Positions 40,176-51,200 of a stretch of DNA of 64,000 nucleotides are shown piece after piece. The number at the start of each line of letters is the position of its first letter. The stretch's first letter is position 1. Source of the DNA: an uncultured Acidobacteriota bacterium (lineage in GTDB: Bacteria; Acidobacteriota; UBA6911; RPQK01; JAPXNP01); the NCBI GenBank assembly GCA_963777605.1, contig CAVZRV010000007.1, positions 256,001 through 320,000 on the forward strand. The letters are read 5' to 3'. A program made the position numbers and the translations under genes. The notes beneath the pieces were generated by a model, which ran no database searches, was not told the DNA's origin, and saw nothing but the letters and a program-made list of their open reading frames with translations.

Positions 40176-40818
40176 CCTGCAGACCGGCACCGCTGTGACG
40201 GGGAACCCAGTGAACCGGGAGCTCCAAAGTCCGCCACCCGTCACGGGCGGCAAATCCGCTCAGGATCACGTTGGGTGCAAATGCAGTTGATGGAATCAGG
40301 GGAAGATAACTGTCGAGGAAAGGCCTCCGCATCAGCCTGAACGGGCAGTTCACGTCCCGAAACCGGGAACCAAAACAAATTCTGGAGGAGACTCCTGCCA
40401 TCCGGGAGAGCCCGCTCCTGGCCACACTCAAGTTCCGGCCCATCCGGCAACCCAACAGGAAGTCATAGCTGTCCCTGGACCGCCAGAAGGCCGGGAAGTC
40501 CGATGGAATAACTTCTCCGTCACTGTCGATCTGCAACACCCATTCGGCGCAGGATTCCGTGTAACCCCGAAGAACAGCGGGGCCGTGCCCCATGTTTGGG
40601 TGCGAGCGGACCGTAAGTTCGTGGAATGGTTCCCTCAGTTCTGAGAGCAAATCGGGAGTCCGGTCGGTGGACCCGTCATCGAGCACGATCATCTCGAACT
40701 GAACTCCGGCCCCACGCAACAAGCGGCACCACTGTTCCACCGTCGTCGCAATTACCGATTCCTCGTTGTAGACGGGCATCACCACCGAAAGTTCTTCGGC
40801 AGCTCTCTCTGCGTTCAC
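40102..40818 (-). CDS. Glycosyltransferase family 2 (polyprenyl-phosphate sugar synthase-like)
   Basis: VVMPVYNE, DDGSTD.T, N.GHG.A, IDSDG, D.NC.FR; 3' end overlaps the convergent DUF2298 gene. Confidence 0.88.
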   Translation of the reverse strand: MNAERAAEELSVVMPVYNEESVIATTVEQWCRLLRGAGVQFEMIVLDDGSTDRTPDLLSELREPFHELTVRSHPNMGHGPAVLRGYTESCAEWVLQIDSDGEVIPSDFPAFWRSRDSYDFLLGCRMGRNLSVARSGLSRMAGVSSRICFGSRFRDVNCPFRLMRRPFLDSYLPLIPSTAFAPNVILSGFAARDGWRTLELPVHWVPRHSGAGLQVSGRLVVGVLRSAFLLVRLSRARR

Positions 40819-40854
40819 TTAGGCACCTGAATTCCGAGGCTCCTTAGCCAAGGC

Positions 40855-42621
40855 TCAGGGATCTCCCGAGATATTCGCGTCGTCATGCATCAATTCCAGC
40901 ACCTCCACTCGCAGGTTGGGACCGGGCCTCTCCACCTCCGACAGAGAGTCGAAAGGAAGGAAGAACCCGTCGATAATGTCCCAGCTTGCGGATTCCGCCC
41001 CTGTAGTCGAGATGAAGTCAGCCTGCCTGAGAACGTGGCCCTGCCATTTGGAGAGTTCCCCGGCCGGCGAGTTACCCAGTTCGAGGGGGTGCCAGGAGGT
41101 CACCCTCACGATCCGACTTCCCGATATATCGCCGGGCTGCGGGAACCGGTAAACCTCCCGGCCCTGGCTTCCGATATCAGGATTGGTTAACTGGTCACGA
41201 TAGAGCCGTGAGATGAAATCCCCGGCGCTCGCGCCATAGCGCCTCGAAACGTACTCCATTCGCCGTGCCAGGGAATCCGGGCTCTCCAGGATCTGGGGCT
41301 CCGATTCAGGCCCGCAGAGGAGCACGATCGGCGTCTCTTGGCTCACGTTGTCCCGGATCCACTGGCCCGCCAGGGCGCGAGTGTCCGTCTTCGAAAGCAG
41401 CCCATCCAGTCGAACCGACCTCGCCACCGAACCCGCGAAGCTGACCGTCAACAATACGGTCAGGACGGTTTTGGTCAGCCTGCGGTCGAGTGCGTTGAAA
41501 AGATCGGCGAATCCTTTCCCTGCCAGAACCGCCAGGAAGGGCAAAATCGGCAGGAGGTAGCGAAACGGGACGGGATGTTGAAACGGCACCAGCGCCAGCA
41601 GGTGCAGCAAAACGAAACCCGCCAGGAAGACCGTCGCTTTCCGGCCCCGGGGCACCGCGAAAGCGAAAACCACACCGGCGCCCGCCAATCCCAGTCCCAG
41701 CAACTCTCCCGGACCGAACTGGAGCGGCCGCAGAATTCGCCCCAGCGAAAGCCCGACACTCCAGGGAGGATCTCCCTCTTGCCACAAGTAGAAGATTTTC
41801 AAGATGGAAAACAGTTCGGAGAGGGCTGCCCGGAAGTTCGGAATGATGTATGGGTTGAGCAGAAAGAAGAGTGCCAGGGGGACGATCGCGATGATCGCCA
41901 AGTGCCTCAGGCGGTCTTGCCAGGAGCGTTCGAGGCCGGATGTAAAGAGGTCGGCCAGGGCGATACGGGGGCCCATCAGCAGGGCCGTGTACTTGCAGGC
42001 GGCCGCCAGTCCGAACAGAGCCGAAGACATCACGAGAGTCCCGGGTTCCCCATTCTCCTGGTACCGCAGGAAGTAAAGCGCGCACAAGGAAAGGAAAAGT
42101 ACCATCGGAGTATCCGTGACCCCAAAATGGGCATCCCGGACCGCGAGCGGGGCACACGCAAAAAGCCCGGCCGCAGCGAGAGCCCCGGTCTCCGAAGTCA
42201 GACGACGGCCGATCTTGAAAACAACCCCTATCGTCGCGGTACCGCAGAGGACCGATATCCAGCGCGGGATCAGGAAGTAGGCATCCTGGAAGCGGGCGAA
42301 ATCGGCCACGAGGCTGCTCGACGCAGGCTCGCGAAACAGAGTAGCAACCCAGTAGTAGAGGTGATACAGGATTGCGGTCACCTCGGATACAAGGGCCGGG
42401 TAAACGTAAAAACGGGGATCCCCCAGCCTTTCGAACAGGTGAAGAGCCGGTTCGACGATCAGGCTCTCATCGGGACGCACGTATAGGTTGGAAAGAATCG
42501 GGGTCCCGAATCCCACTCCCCAGGCTCTGAGTATGAACCCGGCGATCACAAGAATCGCCAACACAATGAGATCGGCCGCACCCCCCCTCCACCCTTTGGG
42601 TTGCGGCGGGACGGGCCCCAT
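40855..42621 (-). CDS. ArnT/PMT (GT39/GT83-like) membrane glycosyltransferase
   Basis: RPDE in the first loop, F.YP, R..S...G, AHF...D, G.A...KY, RYLLP. Confidence 0.8.
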   Translation of the reverse strand: MGPVPPQPKGWRGGAADLIVLAILVIAGFILRAWGVGFGTPILSNLYVRPDESLIVEPALHLFERLGDPRFYVYPALVSEVTAILYHLYYWVATLFREPASSSLVADFARFQDAYFLIPRWISVLCGTATIGVVFKIGRRLTSETGALAAAGLFACAPLAVRDAHFGVTDTPMVLFLSLCALYFLRYQENGEPGTLVMSSALFGLAAACKYTALLMGPRIALADLFTSGLERSWQDRLRHLAIIAIVPLALFFLLNPYIIPNFRAALSELFSILKIFYLWQEGDPPWSVGLSLGRILRPLQFGPGELLGLGLAGAGVVFAFAVPRGRKATVFLAGFVLLHLLALVPFQHPVPFRYLLPILPFLAVLAGKGFADLFNALDRRLTKTVLTVLLTVSFAGSVARSVRLDGLLSKTDTRALAGQWIRDNVSQETPIVLLCGPESEPQILESPDSLARRMEYVSRRYGASAGDFISRLYRDQLTNPDIGSQGREVYRFPQPGDISGSRIVRVTSWHPLELGNSPAGELSKWQGHVLRQADFISTTGAESASWDIIDGFFLPFDSLSEVERPGPNLRVEVLELMHDDANISGDP

Positions 42622-42875
42622 CACAGGGTTACGCCTCCTCGCCGATGCCCGCATCGGCTGCGTCGGCGACGCCTTGATCTGGACCCCGACGCGCTCGCAA
42701 CAGGTGCGTGCGAATTTCTGACTTAGGACACTGGTCCGCTGAAGCATGAATCGCTCGGATTCTAGCCTCTCCCCCTGCGATATGGAAGTCCGGGACACCG
42801 TCCGTTTCCGGCCGTCCGGACTCTACCCGCCGTCAGTGGGCCTGCGGTATGTTCGCCTGGTCCCGCCTGATTGAC

Positions 42876-44309
42876 CTAGCGGAAGCCGGTTAGCCTGAAC
42901 ACAAAAACGTTCCCGCCCGAAGCAGGCCCGGGAGTGATCTCGGGAACGTCGATTTCGATTCCCCGGTTGGTCTCCTTCCAGGGCAAGGGCCCCTCTCTGC
43001 CCACCATCCGAACTTCCGCTCCCCCGGCAGGTTGTGGTTCGGAGAGCACGAGGCGGCTCCCCGGGAGTCCCAGGACCAGGGCAAAAACAACCCCGTTCTT
43101 CTCGGTGTATCGAACCTGTCGCGTCTTCGGATGGGGAGTCTTCCAGCCACCGTCGGTGATGATCTGGACCGCTTCAGGATGGGGAATCTCGGGCCCGTCC
43201 TCGGACACCCGCCACGGACGCGTTCCGTAGATCGCCTCCCCGTTCACCTTGAGCCACCGCCCAATCTCGACCAGGCGCTCCTGCATGATGACCGGGATAC
43301 GACCGTCCCCTGTCGGCCCCACACAGAGAAGCAGGTTCCCTCCCCGCGCGACTGTGTCCACCAGGAGGTGGACCAACTGCGCCGTGGTGCTGTAATCGTC
43401 GATCGATTCATTCCGGTTGTAGCCGTAGGAATGTCCCATCCCCCGGTTCTCTTCCCATTTGTGCGCCGATCCGAGATCGGCCTTGGTGTAACCTCCGTAC
43501 TCGAGAGTGTAGAAGCCGCCGTGCTGCCCCCGGGTGTCCTTCCCCCAACGGTCATTGACAACCACATCGTCCCTAACCGACGAGTCGTTGAACAACCAGG
43601 CCAGCAATTCCGGCGTCTTCCAGGTGGCACTGTCCTGTTCCCACTCTCCGTCGGCCCACAACACCGAGGGGTGGTAGGTTTCGACGAGATTCTTGACCTG
43701 CGGGTGCAGGTGTTCTGCTACGAAGCGGGGCAGATCGAAACGGTAGTCGGGATGGAACCACTCGTAGAGCGAGTAGTAGTAGCCCATCCGAAGTCCCCGC
43801 GCGCGCACCGCTTCGGTGAGGTCGCAGACCAAGTCCCGGTGAGGCCCCACATCGACGCTGTTCCAGTTCCATGCGAACGGGCTTGGCCAGAGACAGAACC
43901 CGTCGTGATACTGGGCCGTCATCACAACGTAGCGGGCGCCGGCACGGGCGAAGAGTTCGGCCCAGTCCGAGGGATTGAAGAGTTCCGCTCTGAAGCGGCT
44001 CGCGAGATCCTGGTATTGAACACCTTCCCCGTACACCTGACGGTGAAACCGGTTCACCGGGCTGTCCGGCCGCAGCAACCACTGCCAGTACCACTCGGCA
44101 TAATCGGTCTTCGGGCTCCAGGACGGGACGGAGTAGACGCCCCAGACCACGAAGATCCCAAATTTGGCATCGTCGTACCACGCCGGCATGGGGCGGCTGT
44201 CGAGGGATGCCCAGTCGGCCCGGTAACGCGTCTGCGCCGGCAAGTGAACCAGCACCAAAGAGAGAACCACTGTCACGGCGACAAGTACGGCGGGTCTGAG
44301 GGTACGCAA
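42876..44309 (-). CDS. Alpha-L-fucosidase, GH29
   Basis: Signal peptide; WYDDAKFGIF..WGVYSVP, HDGF.LW, LW.DG, VNDRW, KWEENRG, GNLLL..GP..DG, NGEAIYGTRPW; AGGAGA RBS. Confidence 0.93.
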   Translation of the reverse strand: MRTLRPAVLVAVTVVLSLVLVHLPAQTRYRADWASLDSRPMPAWYDDAKFGIFVVWGVYSVPSWSPKTDYAEWYWQWLLRPDSPVNRFHRQVYGEGVQYQDLASRFRAELFNPSDWAELFARAGARYVVMTAQYHDGFCLWPSPFAWNWNSVDVGPHRDLVCDLTEAVRARGLRMGYYYSLYEWFHPDYRFDLPRFVAEHLHPQVKNLVETYHPSVLWADGEWEQDSATWKTPELLAWLFNDSSVRDDVVVNDRWGKDTRGQHGGFYTLEYGGYTKADLGSAHKWEENRGMGHSYGYNRNESIDDYSTTAQLVHLLVDTVARGGNLLLCVGPTGDGRIPVIMQERLVEIGRWLKVNGEAIYGTRPWRVSEDGPEIPHPEAVQIITDGGWKTPHPKTRQVRYTEKNGVVFALVLGLPGSRLVLSEPQPAGGAEVRMVGREGPLPWKETNRGIEIDVPEITPGPASGGNVFVFRLTGFR

Positions 44310-44469
44310 GGGTATCTCCTCCTTCTCACAACCCCCAGGCTCCTGAAGAAAACACCCCGGAGGTACAGAGACGATCTTTTGGTCACCTCATTCTGGCCCG
44401 AACAGGTCCTCAAGAAAAGCCCCGAGCGGTTTCTTCTATACTGGGATGGTTTTGGCAAGAGCGGCAGCT

Positions 44470-46059
44470 ATGAACGACGGGCCACTGGTGGAGGTGAGGA
44501 AGCTTTCCGTCAATCTCGAGGGCCGCGTCTACTTCGAGAACACGGACTGGACTATCAACCGGGGTGAACACTGGGCCGTGGTCGGCCCGACCGCTTCGGG
44601 CAAATCCATCCTGATCAAGGCTCTCTGCCGGGAACTTCCCCTGTACGATGGGACGGTCCGGTACTTTTTCAAACCTTTCGGTGCGCCAAGGTCATTTATT
44701 CACCGCGGAGAGATCATCCGGGTGACACCCGAAGCCGAGGCAGAGCTCAGAGGCGCCAGGCATGGCTATCACCAGGCCCGCTGGCACAGCTTCGAAGGAG
44801 CGAATTCCCCGAGAGTGACGGAGATCCTGACTGGCGAAAATATCGAGAGAGTTTCTTCCTACGACATCACGCCGCTTCGACGTTCCCGCCAGGAGTACGA
44901 GCGGGAGCGCGAACGAGTCGTCGCCTTGCTGGGGCTCGAGGGCCTGATGGAAAGGAAGGCCTTCCAGCTATCTCATGGGGAGGCACGCAAGGTCCTGATT
45001 GCACGTGCGCTGATGCAGTCCGCTGCAATCCTGGTCCTGGATACTCCTTTTGGAGGCCTCGACCAACACTCACGCCTCCAACTGAAAGGCATCCTGGAGC
45101 GATTGCTGGCCGAAGCCACGCCCACGATCCTCATCCTGACCAGCAGTCGAGAGGATCTTCCGGAAGGTATCACTCACCGGGCCGAGGTATCGGGAGGCCG
45201 GATCGTCAAATTGTCCCGGATCAACGACGATGCGTCTTCCCTTGTCGAACACGTTGATTTTGCGGGCCGGACGGAACGCGGCGAATTCGACTCTCCGAAG
45301 GTCTTCAGAGACTTTGCGACGGTGACAACTCCCGGGACTCAGCTTCCCACCGGTGACCCTGGTGATACGACTGTCGTAGAGCTCAGGGGAGTCAATGTAA
45401 GCTACGGTCCGGTCCGGGTGCTTTCGGAAGTGAGCTGGACGGTCCGCCGGGGAGAGAGATGGGCGCTGCTCGGCCCCAATGGAGCCGGCAAGAGCACCCT
45501 GTTGAGCGTGATCCTGGCCGACAATCCCCAAGCCTATGCCAACCAGGTTCGGATCTTCGGGCGACGGCGGGGGAGCGGGGAAACCATTTGGCAGATCAAG
45601 AGGCGAATTGGCTGGGTCTCTCCGGAACTCCAGAGCCACTATCCGCCGACAACACCCTGTCGGGCGGTCGTCGAGTCCGGACTTCACGACAGCATCGGGT
45701 TGTATTCGTCCGGTCGGCCCGAGGATTCGGGCCGAGTTGACGAACTCCTGGGCGCGATCGGGATTGAACAGGTTGCTGGGCGGCCCTTTGGGGCGGTCTC
45801 TACTGGAGAACAGCGTCTTGTACTTCTGGCCCGAGCGCTGCTCAAGGAACCGGAGTTGCTGATCCTCGATGAACCCGTCCAGGGCATGGACGGGCCGCTT
45901 CGAGACCGGCTTAAGGCATTCCTCGAGGCCTACTGTAGGTCGCTCCCGGTTACGCTGATCTATGTGACACATGTCCCGTCGGAAATTCCCGGTGTGGTTG
46001 AGCATACTCTCCGGCTGGAAGAAGGCCGTGTTCTGCCCGGATCGGATGCGGTAGACTGA
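44470..46059 (+). CDS. Duplicated ABC ATP-binding protein (ModF-like)
   Basis: Two Walker A motifs (GPTASGKS, GPNGAGKST); LSHGE and VSTGE signatures; GSGETIW.IK..IGWVSPE. Confidence 0.85.
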   Translation: MNDGPLVEVRKLSVNLEGRVYFENTDWTINRGEHWAVVGPTASGKSILIKALCRELPLYDGTVRYFFKPFGAPRSFIHRGEIIRVTPEAEAELRGARHGYHQARWHSFEGANSPRVTEILTGENIERVSSYDITPLRRSRQEYERERERVVALLGLEGLMERKAFQLSHGEARKVLIARALMQSAAILVLDTPFGGLDQHSRLQLKGILERLLAEATPTILILTSSREDLPEGITHRAEVSGGRIVKLSRINDDASSLVEHVDFAGRTERGEFDSPKVFRDFATVTTPGTQLPTGDPGDTTVVELRGVNVSYGPVRVLSEVSWTVRRGERWALLGPNGAGKSTLLSVILADNPQAYANQVRIFGRRRGSGETIWQIKRRIGWVSPELQSHYPPTTPCRAVVESGLHDSIGLYSSGRPEDSGRVDELLGAIGIEQVAGRPFGAVSTGEQRLVLLARALLKEPELLILDEPVQGMDGPLRDRLKAFLEAYCRSLPVTLIYVTHVPSEIPGVVEHTLRLEEGRVLPGSDAVD

Positions 46060-46137
46060 TCCCGGTTTTGGTTTGCCTCGGTCGCGTTCGCCAGCCGTAA
46101 TTGGGATCGGGCGATCAACAGGAGCAATGGAGATCCT

Positions 46138-47244
46138 ATGATGATGCGTTCCCGCGGTATGCGCTCGAGCAATTTCCATTTTCCAACAAAGGCCGCTCGC
46201 CTGGCAGTCTCAACCTGGCTGGCCGCCGGCCTGACGACTGGAGGTCTTGCGATCGCCCAGGAACTGCAAAAGACCAAGCTTGAATGCAAGAGCGAGAACT
46301 ATCAAAGGACCGTCTGCTCCGTTGGTGCCCCCATCGAGCAGATCCGCCTGACCAAGAAGAAATCCGATTCCCCCTGCATTGACGGCACCAGTTACGGCTT
46401 TTCCGACCGGGCAGTCTGGGTGGACAAAGGCTGCGCGGCACAGTTCGAGGTCACTTACCGGGCAACGTCACCTGGCCGCCGTCCTCCCGGGGAAGGCATC
46501 CCCTGGTGGGAACGCATCGGATCTTCCGACACGGAGGTCGCAAAGGTTCGCTGCGCGAGTGAAAACTACGGCAGAAATATCTGCTCTGTCGACGGCGAAA
46601 TTCACTCGATCGACATTCAAAAACAACGCTCGCAGGCTCGCTGTGAAGAAGGCGTATCCTTTGGATTCCACAATGACTTCGTCTGGGTTGACAAGGGCTG
46701 CGAGGCGGACTTCGAAGTCCGATTCACTCCACGCGGCGGTTCGGGCGGGTCTTCCGAGACAACCCGGCCGCCTCGCCGGGACACCGAGAAGGTTCGGTTC
46801 AACTGCAAGAGCGAAGACTACCACCTTGGAATCTGTTACGTCGCGGGGCCGATTATCAACCTCAGTTTTCGAAAGACCAAATCGCGTGCGCCCTGCACGA
46901 GCAATGACTCATTCGGATACCGTGACGACTTCGTCTGGGTTGACAAAGGCTGCGAGGGGGAATTCGAGGTCACATTCCGTCCCGACGGCCGATTCGGAAA
47001 TTCCGACTGGGAGTATCACAAGAGCGACCCCAAGAAGAAGAGCCTGACCTGCAAAAGTGACAACTACCGCCGAGAACGCTGCGAGGTCGGAGGCATCATC
47101 TCTACCATACGACTCAAGAAGACGAAGTCCAGGGCTCTCTGCAAGGCAGATTCGACCTACGGATACCGATTCGACGAAATATGGGTCACCGACGGGTGCG
47201 AGGGCGAGTTCGAAGTGATCTACTTCCCACGGCCCAACCCTTGA
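46138..47244 (+). CDS. Secreted protein with four Cys-rich DUF3011-like repeats
   Basis: Four repeats of C.S..Y....C...S...C.....G.....WV..GC...F.V; signal peptide ending AIA. Confidence 0.8.
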   Translation: MMMRSRGMRSSNFHFPTKAARLAVSTWLAAGLTTGGLAIAQELQKTKLECKSENYQRTVCSVGAPIEQIRLTKKKSDSPCIDGTSYGFSDRAVWVDKGCAAQFEVTYRATSPGRRPPGEGIPWWERIGSSDTEVAKVRCASENYGRNICSVDGEIHSIDIQKQRSQARCEEGVSFGFHNDFVWVDKGCEADFEVRFTPRGGSGGSSETTRPPRRDTEKVRFNCKSEDYHLGICYVAGPIINLSFRKTKSRAPCTSNDSFGYRDDFVWVDKGCEGEFEVTFRPDGRFGNSDWEYHKSDPKKKSLTCKSDNYRRERCEVGGIISTIRLKKTKSRALCKADSTYGYRFDEIWVTDGCEGEFEVIYFPRPNP

Positions 47245-47575
47245 AGTCCTTGCCCGTGCAGAAGCCTGACATGCTTGTCCAACCGGTGACGTCTACTCTC
47301 CGCAATGTCCAGTCTACCTCGAGCCTCTATTCCACTGGCGTCCGGTCAAGAGTCCCATCATTTGAAGTGCCGGACGCGGCAGCTTCCGGTTTTGTTCAAA
47401 CGGAGCCTCTCGGTTCGCACAAATGAACTATTACAAAGACGCACTCGCCAGTTAGCCGGACAGCAGTGCCTCAATCCTGAGGGCCAGTTTCCCCCACTCC
47501 TCACGATCGGCAAACCAGCCTCGAATAACTGTTCTCGGAATCGTGATACCATGGCGTGAATTTTGGATATTACAA

Positions 47576-48271
47576 ATGAATGACAATTCACAAATTTCAA
47601 ACGACGACGACGCCACTGCGGACACTCGCACCCTCCGCCGCCTGTCACGCCGTGAACGGGAATACGAGCGCCACATGGACGAGATAGTCCGCGCCGCCGA
47701 ATCACTGTTTGCCGACAAGGGCTATGCGGCGGCCACCATGGAAGAAATCGCACAGCGAGCGGAGTTCGCGGTCGGAACGCTTTACCGCTTCTTCCCGGGC
47801 AAGAGCGAACTCTACGCCGAGACGATTTCACGGGGGCTCCGTCAGCGAGAAATCGAGGTCCATGAGACGCTCTCCTCGGCCGAATCCCCCAGGGTTCAGA
47901 TCGAGCGCTACCTGCGATGCCGCATGGACCAGTTCTGGAAGAACCCGAACTTCTTCAGGCTCTTTTTCCAGGGTACCGACCGTGCCAACTGCAACATTCC
48001 CACCAACATCGTCTCGGACCTGACTGACCGGTACGAGAAGGTAAAGCAACGGCTCCGTGAGACTTTCGCCGAAGGAATCCGCCAGGGTCAGTTCCAGGAC
48101 TACGACGAGGAGGTCCTGACCGTCGTACTGGAAGGTTTCATCAGGGGCTACGTTACCCAGTTGACGCTCAAGGCCGAGCCTGTTCGAAACGAGGACCGGG
48201 AACGGCAATTGATCCAGCTCTTCCTCCACGGTGCGGCCGGACACCCCAACTCCATTGAAGGAGTCCACTGA
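47576..48271 (+). CDS. TetR/AcrR family regulator
   Basis: I..AA..LF...GY...TMEEIA.RA..AVGTLYRFF..K.EL; directly upstream of the RND operon. Confidence 0.92.
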   Translation: MNDNSQISNDDDATADTRTLRRLSRREREYERHMDEIVRAAESLFADKGYAAATMEEIAQRAEFAVGTLYRFFPGKSELYAETISRGLRQREIEVHETLSSAESPRVQIERYLRCRMDQFWKNPNFFRLFFQGTDRANCNIPTNIVSDLTDRYEKVKQRLRETFAEGIRQGQFQDYDEEVLTVVLEGFIRGYVTQLTLKAEPVRNEDRERQLIQLFLHGAAGHPNSIEGVH

Positions 48272-51200
48272 TGTTCCTTTCCGATATTTCGATTCGACGC
48301 CCCGTCTCGACGCTCCTCTTCACCGGTGCAGTCATGTTCTTCGGCTACATCGCCTTCCAGAACATGGGGGTCGACCTGTTTCCCGAAGTGGAGTTCCCGA
48401 CAGTGTCCGTAACCGCCGTGCTGGTCGGGGCTGACCCGGAAATCATGGATGAGGACGTCACTGACGTGCTCGAGGAGCAGATCAACACCATTGAAGGGGT
48501 CAAGAGCATCACCTCGATATCCAACGAGGGGCTCTCCCAGATCATCGTTGAGTTCGACCTGTCCAAAGATGTCGACGTAGGCGCTCAGGAAGTGCGGGAT
48601 AAGGTCAACCTGGCTCAGGTCGATCTCCCCAACGATCTCGAACCCCCGATCGTTCAGAAGATTGACATCGCCTCCCAGCCAATCATGTGGATCGCCGTCA
48701 CTACCAGCGGCGACTACCGGCGGATCGCCCTCTATGCCGACAATGTAATCAAGGAACGCCTGCAAACGGTTCCGGGTGTGGGCGCGGTGGTACTGGGAGG
48801 TTTCCGTGATCGCGCCGTCCGGGTCTGGTTGAACCCGCAGGAGCTCGAGGCCCGCAAATTGACCCCGGTTGATGTGGCCAACGCGATTCGCGCAAAACAC
48901 ATTGAACTTCCAGGAGGGCGCATCGAAGAACCCAAGAAGGAGTTCGTCGTCAAGATTCAGGGCGAGTACAAATCGGTCGATGGCCTGAAAGAGCTGGTCG
49001 TGGCAACACGCGACGGCGCCCTGGTTCGGCTCAAGGATGTGGCATTTGTGGAAGATGGCTCCGAGGACCTTCGCTCGGTGGCCCGGTTCAACGGACTGCC
49101 GGCAATCGGCCTCGGAATCCGGAAACAGTCGGGAACCAACACGGTAGCGGTCGCAGACGGGGTCAAGGCAGCCTTGTCCGAGATCACGAAGAATGTCCCG
49201 GAGGGCATCAACGTTCAGATTGCATCCGACTCCTCCCGCTTCATCAAGAACTCGATGCAGGACGTGATTTTCGACCTCTTCCTGGGTGCAATTCTCACTT
49301 CGATCGTGATGCTCGTGTTCCTGCGCAACTTCCGGATGACGTTTATCAGTATCGTGGCCATCCCCACTTCGATCATCGCCTCCTTCGTGATTATGTACTG
49401 GGCCGATTTCACGATCAACAACATGACCATGCTGGCCATGTCGCTGGCTATCGGGATCGTCATCGACGACGCCATCGTTGTCCTCGAGAACATCTTCCGC
49501 CACGTTGAAGAAGGCCAGGGAGCTCTTGAAGCCTCCCAGATCGGTACGAGCGAGGTTGGCCTGGCCGTCATTGCCGCATCCTCCTCGATCATGGCCGTTT
49601 TCATCCCGGTCGCATTCATGAAGGGAATCATTGGCCGGTTCTTCTTCGAATTTGGATTGTCGGTCGCTCTTTCGGTGCTGATCTCTCTGATCGTGGCCCT
49701 GACTGTCATCCCGATGCTCTGCTCGCGACTGCTCCGTCACGACCCGGACCACGGGCCCATATTCCGGGTATTTGAGCAGGGTTTTCGAAAGATCGAATCG
49801 CTCTATGCCTACTATCTCGACCTCTCCCTGCGCCACCGCTGGATCACTATCGGCCTGGCCGTCGCCGCCTTCATCATTGGACTGAGCCTCTTCCCCTTTC
49901 TCAAGACCGGCTTCGTAACCGAACCGGACGAAAGCCGTTTCGTGGTCCGCTTTGAGTTGCCGACCGGAACATCGGTGGAAGAATCAGCCCGGCGTCTACA
50001 GGACATCGAGAAGACGGTGCTTTCCCAGAGCGAAGTGAGAAGTGCCTTTGCTGCAACGGGGTTCGCCGGCGGCCCGAACACTGGAATTGTATTTGCGAAC
50101 CTCGTTTACCGGTCAGACCGGGATGCCTCACAAAGCGACGTCATGGCCCGACTTAGAACGATCCTGAAGGAGGACGTTCCGGAAGCTCTCATCTCGGTTG
50201 AGAATGTTTCGATCGTCGGAGGGGGGCAGAGGAATGCCGATCTGCAGTTCGTCATACAGGGCCCGGAGGTCGAACAACTGGGCCAGGTCGCCAACTCCAT
50301 GCTTACCGAGATGCGAAAGCTTCCGGGCTTCGTTGACGTGGACGACAACCTCCGCCTGAACAAGCCGGAACTCAAAGTTGAAATCGACCGCAATTTGGCC
50401 GACGACATGGGCGTGGACGTTCGAACGATCACCCAGAATTTCAACATTCTTTTCGGTGGGCAGGATGTGGCCAAGTTCAAGGAAGGGGGCAAGCGGTACG
50501 ACATTCGACTCCGAGCTCTTCCCGATTCGCGATCTCGGCCCAGTGACCTCCTGAAAGTGGCTCTTCGGTCTGCCAGCGGTGAACTCACCTACAGTCCAAA
50601 CCTGGTAAGAGTGATTCAGGGCGTCGGTCCGCAGGCGGTAAACCGATACAACCGCAGCCGGGCAGTCACCCTTTACGCCAACCTGTCCGGGACCTCCCTG
50701 GGTACGGCCCTGGATGAAATGAGGGTTCTGGCCGACAAGTACGTCCCCAAGGACCCGGCCTGGGGTACGGCCCTGACGGGTAGTGCCGACGTATTCGCTG
50801 AATCGTTTCAGTACCTGTTCAGCGCGGTCCTCATCTCTCTGCTGGTCATCTACGTCATCCTCGGATCGCAGTTTGAATCCTTCATTCATCCTTTCACGAT
50901 TCTCATGTCTGTCCCACTGGCCGTCGCCGGCAGCTTTGGCCTGATCCTCCTGTCGGGCGTTCAGCTCGACATCTTCGCGTTTATCGGTTTCGTTATGCTG
51001 ATCGGAATCGTGACCAAAAACGCCATCCTTCTGGTTGATTTTGCCAACCAGTTCCGGGCACGGGGGATCCCCCGCGACGAGGCACTGAGAAAGGCCGGAC
51101 CGCTGCGACTCCGACCGATCCTCATGACGGCCTTCACGACCATCGCCGCGGTCACGCCGGTGGCACTTGCCCTCAGCGAGGGTGGCGAACAGCGAGCCCC

